Shown here: one piece after another, positions 28,309-36,301 of the stretch
Layout of the letters: the number at the start of each line of letters is the position of its first letter
Numbering within the stretch: the stretch's first letter is position 1
Source of the DNA: a virus
Taxonomy: Duplodnaviria > Caudoviricetes
DNA: 64,000 bases
Direction: 5' to 3' (one strand)
IMG/VR virus record: IMGVR_UViG_3300031867_005677
Location: 11,990 to 75,989 of that record
Program-made: the position numbers and the translations under genes
The notes under the pieces: generated by a model
Databases searched by the model: none
Told to the model about the DNA's origin: nothing
Seen by the model: only the letters and a program-made list of their open reading frames with translations

Positions 28309-30180
28309 TTAAATAATGTTAATACGTTCTTGTAATTCTTTAGAATATTGTTCTTTTGTAGACATATAAAGATTCCAAAAACAAGCATCAAATATATATG
28401 TTACACACCAATCACCATCATATCTAACTCCTCTACCAATACCTTGGATAATCTCATTAGATGTTGTTGAATTATACCACAATGGATAGAATTTGATTTT
28501 TTCTTTAACATATCTATCACCAAGACTTGGGTATGGAACTTTCATAATGATAATAAATCTACATTCATCACCAGGTAAATCAATACCTTCAGCCAAGGTT
28601 GGACCAACTAATATTGTATTACTTGATATTTGGTGTAGCTTAATCATATTATTCTTTTCTCTTGATCCATTATAAACTAACATTCTTTGTTTAACTTCAA
28701 ATGGTGCTTCCTCATATAATCTTTTTGCTATATCATAAGACCCAGTTTGAATAATACCACGTTGATCTTGAAATTTAGTCTTACAAATAGAATAGATAAT
28801 TGTCTTTAAATGATTAAATGATATATCTCGTTCTTTAAGAGACATCTTGAACTTGTTCAAAAAATGAACAGGTGACTCAGTAAAATCAAATGTAGAAGGA
28901 ATAACTTCCATTATCGATTTCTGATCTTGTGTATATGAGAATCCCATATTTTCATCGAATGCTTCGTGACCACCTATAGTTGCCGACAGCATCACTCTGA
29001 ATTGGGCCTTGTTCAATAAATACTTATAGACTAAATAATCTTCTTTCAAACATCTAAACGTACATACAGGGCCTTCCTCCTTTCTATTATTAGGTGCTAT
29101 CTCTTTTAATTGATAATCTTTTCCACAAAATTCAATAAGATCACAATATTCACCAAACTCAAGGGCATAATCCCAAAACCAATTAGATATACTAAACATA
29201 TGTAAATCTTCTTTAGTGATATTCTCTTTATTGTTTTTTGCTAAAGTTATCTTATTACGAATATCATCACATACTGGAACGAATTTTTGAATTAAATGGT
29301 CATATTTCTCCCTATAAATCATATCTTCATCTTTTCGTGTTTCTGGATTACTTAATACTTTCCAACATTCATTAAATTGATTTATAATATCTTTTCTGGA
29401 AATATTCTTTAAAGCATTAGATGATCCATCCTCACCAAAAGTATCATTAAATAGATCTAATTCTGGTTTATTTACATAATCATAAATCTCTAATAATATA
29501 TCTAAATCTTTTTCTTTAATATGGGCATGTACTCTTTGCTCAACTATACCTGGAATATTATGACACTCATCACAGAATATCACATCTCTATATTTAAATT
29601 GATAAGGATTATTATCATCTGGATTAATCATCTTAAAAGTTTGTATAAATAACTGATATGTCATTAAACAAACCTTAGACTTAATTGCTTTTTTACGAGA
29701 TTTAACATATTGGCATGTATGGGCACAATCATATCCATATTTTTGAATAGTATTTAAATTATACATAGATGCCCACGATAAACCGGCTAAAGTACAATCG
29801 GCTAAAGTAATATCTTCCCCATTCAACATACATTTATAATTACCAATCTTTCCTTTAAGCATAGCAATACCAGTTCTTTTATGTTTATTCAAAAAATCAG
29901 AATATTGCTCCCAAAGGAATAAATCACTAACTAAAATATATGAAGTAATATCAAAATAATCTGCTAATACACCCGCTGATATAATATTTATTAATGATTT
30001 ACCAGATCCAGTTGGTGCTTCTACAACATAATTATGATTACCATGTGAAAGTATATTATCAATTATATTGACAATACATTCTAATTGGTATTGTCTAAAT
30101 TCAAAATTTATACTAATCTTATCTTTTACCCATTCTTTAACATATGACGTGATTTGTTCTTTATTATATTTAATTTCCAT
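28309..30180 (-). CDS. DinG/YoaA/Rad3-family SF2 helicase
   Basis: Q-motif FRQYQ, EAPTGSGKS, Fe-S-type Cys (YKC..DCT..CAHTCQY), DECH, LSAT, EGIDLPGDECRFIIIMKVPYP, QGIGRGVR. Confidence 0.9.
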   Translation of the reverse strand: MEIKYNKEQITSYVKEWVKDKISINFEFRQYQLECIVNIIDNILSHGNHNYVVEAPTGSGKSLINIISAGVLADYFDITSYILVSDLFLWEQYSDFLNKHKRTGIAMLKGKIGNYKCMLNGEDITLADCTLAGLSWASMYNLNTIQKYGYDCAHTCQYVKSRKKAIKSKVCLMTYQLFIQTFKMINPDDNNPYQFKYRDVIFCDECHNIPGIVEQRVHAHIKEKDLDILLEIYDYVNKPELDLFNDTFGEDGSSNALKNISRKDIINQFNECWKVLSNPETRKDEDMIYREKYDHLIQKFVPVCDDIRNKITLAKNNKENITKEDLHMFSISNWFWDYALEFGEYCDLIEFCGKDYQLKEIAPNNRKEEGPVCTFRCLKEDYLVYKYLLNKAQFRVMLSATIGGHEAFDENMGFSYTQDQKSIMEVIPSTFDFTESPVHFLNKFKMSLKERDISFNHLKTIIYSICKTKFQDQRGIIQTGSYDIAKRLYEEAPFEVKQRMLVYNGSREKNNMIKLHQISSNTILVGPTLAEGIDLPGDECRFIIIMKVPYPSLGDRYVKEKIKFYPLWYNSTTSNEIIQGIGRGVRYDGDWCVTYIFDACFWNLYMSTKEQYSKELQERINII

Positions 30181-30190
30181 AAATAAAAAA

Positions 30191-30220
30191 AATTACTATA
30201 TTATTGTTAATATAGTAATT
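30191..30220. repeat. Perfect 13-bp inverted repeat; each arm carries the CTATATTA promoter box
   Basis: aattactatatta-ttgt-taatatagtaatt; A tract at 30181-30190. Confidence 0.8.
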
Positions 30221-30238
30221 TCTAATCATTTATATTAT

Positions 30239-30349
30239 TTAATTCTTATGTAAAATTGCAGCTATTTCACTTAATATAACTACTATCATAAGAAATAAAA
30301 AGAATGTTGTCCAAGGATATTCATTTATTACTTCATAAAATTCTCTCAT
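30239..30349 (-). CDS. Small single-TM protein (36 aa, not in ORF track)
   Basis: MREFYEVINEYPWTTFFLFLMIVVILSEIAAILHKN; ATGA coupling to the upstream gene. Confidence 0.55.
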   Translation of the reverse strand: MREFYEVINEYPWTTFFLFLMIVVILSEIAAILHKN

Positions 30350-30975
30350 TTCTTTGGTACATTATATACGGTATCTACTTTCTTTTCACCACAATCCCAG
30401 GAATCCCAATATTCACCATTAATAACAGTTACTTGGTGTTGACGTACATGAAGAATATAAGTGCCATAAGGATGAGACATAGCAAATTCATTTACTGTAA
30501 TACGATCCTTACCCTTAATATTTTTCTTATTGTACTTCTCATCAACCCAACAATTAAATTCCTCTGTAAGAACTTTCTCCGATACATATTGAATCATTGA
30601 AGAATTTTCTTTAGCTACCTTTGATGCAATATCAAATGCTTTATCCCAAGAAATTCCAAATGCTGCACAATATGAACGAAGTGTGCAATCTCCAATATTA
30701 CGTGATTTTGGATTAGGATTAAATTCATGCCAACGCTTATTACCTGCCATAAGTTTTACACAAGTAAGTTCATTATCCTTAATAAACTTAATAACCCCTT
30801 CATAATCCTTATGGAATTTTATTTCTGGTTGGCCATTCTCAAAATATACAGTTACATTTTCTTCATTAATAACCAATGTAGCTTTATTTTCAAAATCACT
30901 ATTAACTAATGAATATACTCCACTCTCAGAAAAATCAATAGCCGAATTTACATAAAAAGTTGTTTCTTTATTCAT
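30346..30975 (-). CDS. Putative papain-like (C39-type) cysteine peptidase domain protein
   Basis: GDCTLRS...GISW ... YILHVRQH.VTV.NG.YWDSWD suggests a Cys/His/Asp triad. Confidence 0.45.
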   Translation of the reverse strand: MNKETTFYVNSAIDFSESGVYSLVNSDFENKATLVINEENVTVYFENGQPEIKFHKDYEGVIKFIKDNELTCVKLMAGNKRWHEFNPNPKSRNIGDCTLRSYCAAFGISWDKAFDIASKVAKENSSMIQYVSEKVLTEEFNCWVDEKYNKKNIKGKDRITVNEFAMSHPYGTYILHVRQHQVTVINGEYWDSWDCGEKKVDTVYNVPKK

Positions 30976-30977
30976 AA

Positions 30978-31223
30978 TTATCTATTTATCATTTTATTAT
31001 ACTTATCACAAATTTTCTTACTTACTCTCCACATATCCATTAAAAAACATATAGGCCAAAATATAATTATAGATAACATTAAATCACATGCCATCCCTTC
31101 TTCAACTTCACCTTTTAATTTTAATTTCTTATAGTCAGCTTTATAATATTTATACCAATAATAAATACAATAAATTATACCAACAATAAAATAAATTAAT
31201 GCAATTAAATTTTTTGTACTCAT
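30978..31223 (-). CDS. Small membrane protein
   Basis: Two hydrophobic segments; IIFWP motif. Confidence 0.6.
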   Translation of the reverse strand: MSTKNLIALIYFIVGIIYCIYYWYKYYKADYKKLKLKGEVEEGMACDLMLSIIIFWPICFLMDMWRVSKKICDKYNKMINR

Positions 31224-31307
31224 GCTATTATAAAATTTAATATAAACATTTTAATATTATATAATATAGTTATAATTGATCTAATAAATTTAACTATCCA
31301 AAATTCA

Positions 31308-31931
31308 TTATTCTAAATATAATTTATTATCTATAATATATCTTTTAACTTCCTGATTAGTATAATCTAATACTTGAAGATTACCATTTTTATATTTTTC
31401 TCTAATATCACTTGAATGGTAATCAAAATTTCCTTTGAGTTTAATTATTTTTGAATATTTACAATGTTTAGATAATTCATTTATATATTTTGAATTATCT
31501 TTAGAAGACATCAGTATTAAGAATTTATTGTTTTTTAATAGTTGTTCGGAATTTACCCAAGCATTATTAACAATTTCTTCTAAAGTTTCACCAGTTATAA
31601 TCCACCAAAAATCATCTTTAATATAATCATCTTCATTAGAATGAAAATAATCGATTATCTCATATGTATAATTATGTTCAATACCATTTTCTATATCATC
31701 AATTAAAACTTGATTTTTATTTACTAAATTCATAAACATTAATTTACACATCTGATATCTATGATTAAATGGCGTTGATTTAGTTTTATTTGGATTTTGA
31801 CTTGTTGGAATTACATGAATTTTATCTATTCCAAATTTATCCATTAACTTTGAATCAATAACCGACTTAACACATTTATAATGACCTAAATGTGGTGGAT
31901 CAAATGTTCCTAAAAATATTGCTTTACTCAT
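31308..31931 (-). CDS. nadD: Nicotinate/nicotinamide-nucleotide adenylyltransferase
   Basis: GTFDPPHLGH (HxGH), NPNK, HRYQM, YTYE, ITG.T...W, HSSDIRE. Confidence 0.85.
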   Translation of the reverse strand: MSKAIFLGTFDPPHLGHYKCVKSVIDSKLMDKFGIDKIHVIPTSQNPNKTKSTPFNHRYQMCKLMFMNLVNKNQVLIDDIENGIEHNYTYEIIDYFHSNEDDYIKDDFWWIITGETLEEIVNNAWVNSEQLLKNNKFLILMSSKDNSKYINELSKHCKYSKIIKLKGNFDYHSSDIREKYKNGNLQVLDYTNQEVKRYIIDNKLYLE

Positions 31932-32199
31932 CTTTCATCGTTTGTTTTATATCTTCAATTATTTTACTTTTTATATTTGTATAAAGCATATTGTCTTTAA
32001 AAAATAATTTATCTGTTATAAAATTACATACTTTTTTTATCATTTCTTCTCTCTCAATCTCCACAGCCCTTCTTGCCTGGTCAGGAGTGAGCCAATCATA
32101 GAAAATGTGGTTATGATTACATGTTTTATTATGGCAGTAACCTATTTCATTGCTACAATTCCTTGTACAGTCCTGTATGAATTTCTCTGCTCTACTCAT
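31924..32199 (-). CDS. Hypothetical protein
   Basis: 91-aa ORF; WLTPDQARRAVEIERE. Confidence 0.55.
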   Translation of the reverse strand: MSRAEKFIQDCTRNCSNEIGYCHNKTCNHNHIFYDWLTPDQARRAVEIEREEMIKKVCNFITDKLFFKDNMLYTNIKSKIIEDIKQTMKDE

Positions 32200-32336
32200 C
32201 TTATATTAATTGAATTACTCTTTATATCAAATTGAATGACAGTTGCTTTAACCTTATTATTTGCAAATGTAACTTCACAATCAGGATAAATCTCTGCAAA
32301 TGTATTCATTAATTTTGCTACATCTTTAATATTCAT
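32196..32336 (-). CDS. Small hypothetical protein (46 aa, not in ORF track)
   Basis: MNIKDVAKLMNTFAEIYPDCEVTF...; ATGA coupling. Confidence 0.5.
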   Translation of the reverse strand: MNIKDVAKLMNTFAEIYPDCEVTFANNKVKATVIQFDIKSNSINIR

Positions 32337-32339
32337 AAC

Positions 32340-32738
32340 TTAATCATTTAATGCTTCATCAATTATTTCTTTAGTCTCTTTCTTGAATTTAAATCTTCGT
32401 TTCCCATTCTGAACTTTACGATCATATGTCAACATAGGCATACGTCTATGTTTTACACATCTATTATCAAAGCAATCACCATATTCACCATTAAAATCAA
32501 CACCATACTTCTTAAATTCTCTTGTTAAATTATGGCGAACTGTTTTGTTAGGGTGCCTACTAAATTGCCTATTTAATTTATTATGATCATCCTCATTTTC
32601 TGTTGTATGTGAATAATCATAATTATAATTTTCTGTAGAATTCATTTCACCAAATATTGAATCTTTATACCCATTTGGAAATTCAATATTCTTATTAGCT
32701 TTTGTAATTTTATATTTTGAAAAATAACTTTTACTCAT
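32340..32738 (-). CDS. Hypothetical protein
   Basis: 132-aa ORF. Confidence 0.55.
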   Translation of the reverse strand: MSKSYFSKYKITKANKNIEFPNGYKDSIFGEMNSTENYNYDYSHTTENEDDHNKLNRQFSRHPNKTVRHNLTREFKKYGVDFNGEYGDCFDNRCVKHRRMPMLTYDRKVQNGKRRFKFKKETKEIIDEALND

Positions 32739-32740
32739 AA

Positions 32741-32992
32741 TTAAGAATTACAATAATAATTAATATCTTCTGCAAATCTTATAAATGCATCTTCATTCCC
32801 ATGACAAATATCATAAATTAAATCATCAACATTATCTTTATCAAATTCCATAATATCTGTATAGAAATTTTCTACAGAACGATTAAATCCCCTATCTCGT
32901 TCATAACATACTTCAATTATGTTTACTAATTGTTGATGTGTAAATTGATGAGTTAATTTACTATTTAAGTCAATTATATCTATGATATTCAT
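32741..32992 (-). CDS. Acidic hypothetical protein
   Basis: 83-aa ORF. Confidence 0.5.
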   Translation of the reverse strand: MNIIDIIDLNSKLTHQFTHQQLVNIIEVCYERDRGFNRSVENFYTDIMEFDKDNVDDLIYDICHGNEDAFIRFAEDINYYCNS

Positions 32993-33197
32993 AATCTAAT
33001 AATTCGTCTTCTAATTCCTTTTGTAATTGTTTACGTAATTTATTTTGACCTGCCTTACGAACATGACCAGATTTACGAGCTCTTCGATTACCATAAGGCT
33101 TATTCTCATCTCCCCATGAACCTCCTACAGGATATAATGAACCTTGCTTATAATTACAAGGCATACAATTATTTAATAATCTCTTCCCTGTTGACAT
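32970..33197 (-). CDS. Basic hypothetical protein
   Basis: 75-aa ORF. Confidence 0.5.
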   Translation of the reverse strand: MSTGKRLLNNCMPCNYKQGSLYPVGGSWGDENKPYGNRRARKSGHVRKAGQNKLRKQLQKELEDELLDYEYHRYN

Positions 33198-33522
33198 TTT
33201 CTTTTAATTTCTTTACTTCATTTTTTAAATAATCAATTTCATTCTTAAACCATTTAATCCAAGCATATGCAATACCAAGGATAATAGCTCCACAAACCCA
33301 TCTAAATTCAACCAATTTATCTTTACTAATAAATGATGTAATAAGAATTGTTGAACTAATAAAACCTATTACAAAATCCCAAAATATACTAAATAAATAC
33401 TATTTCTTCCTTTCATAGACTTTTATATATTTTTTATTTTGTTCTTGTCTTTTATTGGCTCCCCACATACTTTCTTGGGTATGTCTTAATGTTGAAGCAG
33501 AAAATGAAATTATAGCTCTCAT
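33169..33522 (-). other. TAG-interrupted or frameshifted 2-TM membrane protein gene (117 aa if TAG is read)
   Basis: 40 codons, TAG at 33400-33402, then 76 more open codons with two TM segments and no ATG. Confidence 0.55.
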
Positions 33523-33543
33523 AGTTATCCTAAATTATTTTTA

Positions 33544-34209
33544 TTACATCAAATTATCAGTATACTTTGAATTAAATTCTTTAAAATTATTATACCAGAA
33601 TTCAATCAACTTACGCTTCCATTTTACAGGAGCATAAAGCTTTGTGGTCTTAGCATGATTAAATGCCCATTTATAATTATCAAATTCATCAACAGGAATC
33701 CATTTTACTAAATCAACTTCATTCTCCTCACCACCTTCTTTCTTTACATAATGAGGAATAATCTTACCAAGGAAAGCTGTATGACGAATTGTTACATTTC
33801 CGTTATTACATTCCTCAGGTTCAGTCTCAACATGTACAACTTTTAAATCATCGGTATCAATTTGGAATCCACATTCTTCAAGCATTTCACGAGCTATACC
33901 TTCCTTTGAATTCTCATATCTCTCGAGGAATCCACAAACAGCATTCCAACATCCTTGATAATCTGGTGTACCAGGTCCTCGTAAATTAGCAAGAATTGAA
34001 TATTTACCATTTACAATAGCATATACAAATCCCGATACTGCACAAAAACGACCACTAAAAACTGTCTTAGGTTTGCCTTTACAAGTATAATGAACATAAT
34101 CATTTTCATTACTTGTGGTGTCAATAACATCTGCTGGTAGCCAAGCCTTATATGGGAAATTTTTACCGTACTTTTCCAAACGTTCTTTATTAGGTCCTGT
34201 AAAAATCAT
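33544..34209 (-). CDS. NUDIX hydrolase
   Basis: Nudix box GFLERYENSKEGIAREMLEECG; WAFNH. Confidence 0.9.
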   Translation of the reverse strand: MIFTGPNKERLEKYGKNFPYKAWLPADVIDTTSNENDYVHYTCKGKPKTVFSGRFCAVSGFVYAIVNGKYSILANLRGPGTPDYQGCWNAVCGFLERYENSKEGIAREMLEECGFQIDTDDLKVVHVETEPEECNNGNVTIRHTAFLGKIIPHYVKKEGGEENEVDLVKWIPVDEFDNYKWAFNHAKTTKLYAPVKWKRKLIEFWYNNFKEFNSKYTDNLM

Positions 34210-34251
34210 ATTTTTATTATATTTTATTTATTCAATATTTAATATAGTTAA

Positions 34252-35220
34252 TTACTTAGAATATTTTTCACGTGGAATAACAACTGGCAATCCTTTACGT
34301 TTATATTCAGTCCTCTTAATTCTATTAATAACATCATTAACAGTATGATAAGTTACTTCATTATTATCAATATCATATTTGTCTCGAAGTTCCTGAATTA
34401 TCTTATCACGTTCATCTGGGAACTGTGTAACTGCATGAAGATATGTCTGAATAATATCATCTACCTTTGTATAAGCATCAACATTCTTGTCATGAACAAA
34501 TGCAGGAGCAATCTGACCCATATCACCAAAATCATTTACACCGTTACCATCAGTTGGACGAATACCAAGTGCATGATCCAAAGCCTTAATTTTATTACTG
34601 ATATTCTCCATTGCAACCTTGTCATCCATATAGTCAAAAGAATCTGGACTCATTGGATAATGATGTAAATCATGTTCATACTTATCACGAATATATTTTG
34701 CCAAACCATAAATCTCATGTTTCCAAAGACCTCCAATAGGATTCAAATCACAAACATCTCCATGAATTGTAAAGAAACCAAGATAATGTTCAGTAAGATT
34801 ATCCGTGTCCATTACAAGACCTTTAGTATAATTTGCTAGGTCATAAAGATACATCATACGGAGACGAGCTTTAATATTACCAAGACCAATTGTCGTTGGA
34901 GAATGACGCTGAGAAAAACTAGCTTTCATAAATAAAAACTCCTTTTGAAGATTCTCAGTCCAATACTGTCCTTCCTTACAAAATGCTTTCATACAAGCGG
35001 TCGCAGAATTATTTTCATCTATTGTATTTGATGTACAAGGAAGACTTATTCCATAGAACTTAAGTTCAGGATTTCTCTTCTCAACCTCATGACATATTGC
35101 CGCTGTCACAGTAGAATCAATACCACCAGAAATACCAAGAATCATAGCCCATACATTATTTGACTCCATGTAATTCTGAGTCTCCTTAATCATCGTATCA
35201 AAAATCTTTGCGTAATCCAT
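34252..35220 (-). CDS. nadE: NH3-dependent NAD+ synthetase
   Basis: LGISGGIDS, NIKARLRM, TDNLTE, GFFTIHGD, NPIGGLWKHEIY, PTDG; no glutaminase domain. Confidence 0.92.
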   Translation of the reverse strand: MDYAKIFDTMIKETQNYMESNNVWAMILGISGGIDSTVTAAICHEVEKRNPELKFYGISLPCTSNTIDENNSATACMKAFCKEGQYWTENLQKEFLFMKASFSQRHSPTTIGLGNIKARLRMMYLYDLANYTKGLVMDTDNLTEHYLGFFTIHGDVCDLNPIGGLWKHEIYGLAKYIRDKYEHDLHHYPMSPDSFDYMDDKVAMENISNKIKALDHALGIRPTDGNGVNDFGDMGQIAPAFVHDKNVDAYTKVDDIIQTYLHAVTQFPDERDKIIQELRDKYDIDNNEVTYHTVNDVINRIKRTEYKRKGLPVVIPREKYSK

Positions 35221-35255
35221 TTTTATTGTCTTTTATTTTCTTTTATTGTTCTTTA

Positions 35256-35456
35256 TTATTTAAATTGTGGGAGTTTATCATATAGTTCTTTAATACAATC
35301 TTTAATTGAATCTGCGAAATATTTGTTAAACTTGGGATAAATATATTTAATGGTATCATAAGTATAATATTCTTGGGTATCACACCCATCATAATATGCA
35401 CCTAAAAAGAAATTATCACAAGTTAAAATGTACCAAATTGCTTTTAATCGTTTCAT
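35256..35456 (-). CDS. Hypothetical protein
   Basis: 66-aa ORF. Confidence 0.5.
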   Translation of the reverse strand: MKRLKAIWYILTCDNFFLGAYYDGCDTQEYYTYDTIKYIYPKFNKYFADSIKDCIKELYDKLPQFK

Positions 35457-35746
35457 AACTTAATGATTTTACCAGTCGACCAATCTGTTTCAACCTCATT
35501 AGGAAAATTTTCATCATGCATAGTACTTAGACTAAACAATGCTTTTCCAACTTCTGGGTGATATATACCTTCCTTATTAAACCAAGGGTCATTTATTGTA
35601 AACTTAATATATTTGAAATGATAATTACCACAAGGAGTACCTTTAGTTTCTTTATCATCTTTAATATACTGTTCAATTGCATCTCTCATATATTTTTTAT
35701 TAGAGAAGATACCAAAAACCATTGAAGCACGAATTACTAAATACAT
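35453..35746 (-). CDS. Hypothetical protein
   Basis: 97-aa ORF. Confidence 0.5.
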   Translation of the reverse strand: MYLVIRASMVFGIFSNKKYMRDAIEQYIKDDKETKGTPCGNYHFKYIKFTINDPWFNKEGIYHPEVGKALFSLSTMHDENFPNEVETDWSTGKIIKL

Positions 35747-35757
35747 AATAATTTATT

Positions 35758-35895
35758 TTAACGAAATTTCCAAAACTTAAATGTATAACTTGTAGTGGAT
35801 TCACCCATTTTATGAAAATACCTATCACCTTCACTATCTCTTTTGAGGAGTTCTTCAAGAATTTCAATTGTTGAAATTTTAGACCAATCTATCAT
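35758..35895 (-). CDS. Small hypothetical protein (45 aa, not in ORF track)
   Basis: MIDWSKISTIEILEELLKRD...; fills the gap, starting 3 nt after the upstream stop. Confidence 0.5.
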   Translation of the reverse strand: MIDWSKISTIEILEELLKRDSEGDRYFHKMGESTTSYTFKFWKFR

Positions 35896-35897
35896 AA

Positions 35898-36233
35898 TTA
35901 AATTAATTTAAGTTCAACTTCTTTCCAACCAAAACTATCACAAAAATAATATTTATTATCAATTTTAACAATATCACTTACAGAAAGAGAATGTCCATGA
36001 AAATCTTCTGGATGATTAAGATTAAAAATCTTAAATATTTCTTCCAAAACTTCAATTATATCAGTAAAATTCTTAGTATTAATATCACCAGAATAAACTG
36101 ATTTATAATTTTCAATATGAACATATTCACCTCTTTTCTTTAGTCTGTCAAGAGAAGTAAATGCATACTTACAATAGATTTCTTCTTCCTTTTTGTTATT
36201 AGGGAATGGGATTTGATAAATTGTATATTTCAT
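35898..36233 (-). CDS. YodL-like protein
   Basis: Y.IYQ...NY..VY.G...LEEIF.IFN..HPEDFHGHSLSVSDIV....YFCDSFGW. Confidence 0.8.
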   Translation of the reverse strand: MKYTIYQIPFPNNKKEEEIYCKYAFTSLDRLKKRGEYVHIENYKSVYSGDINTKNFTDIIEVLEEIFKIFNLNHPEDFHGHSLSVSDIVKIDNKYYFCDSFGWKEVELKLI

Positions 36234-36249
36234 ATTATTTCATTATTTA

Positions 36250-36295
36250 CATATATAATATAGAAAATGTCCTTAAAAATTCAATTTTAAGGACA
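36250..36295 (-). promoter_or_regulatory. Promoter TTGAAT-N16-TATATT whose -35 box is the loop of the upstream terminator
   Basis: Stem tgtccttaaaa/ttttaaggaca; loop 36279-36284 = TTGAAT on the minus strand. Confidence 0.75.
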
Positions 36296-36301
36296 ATATT
36301 T

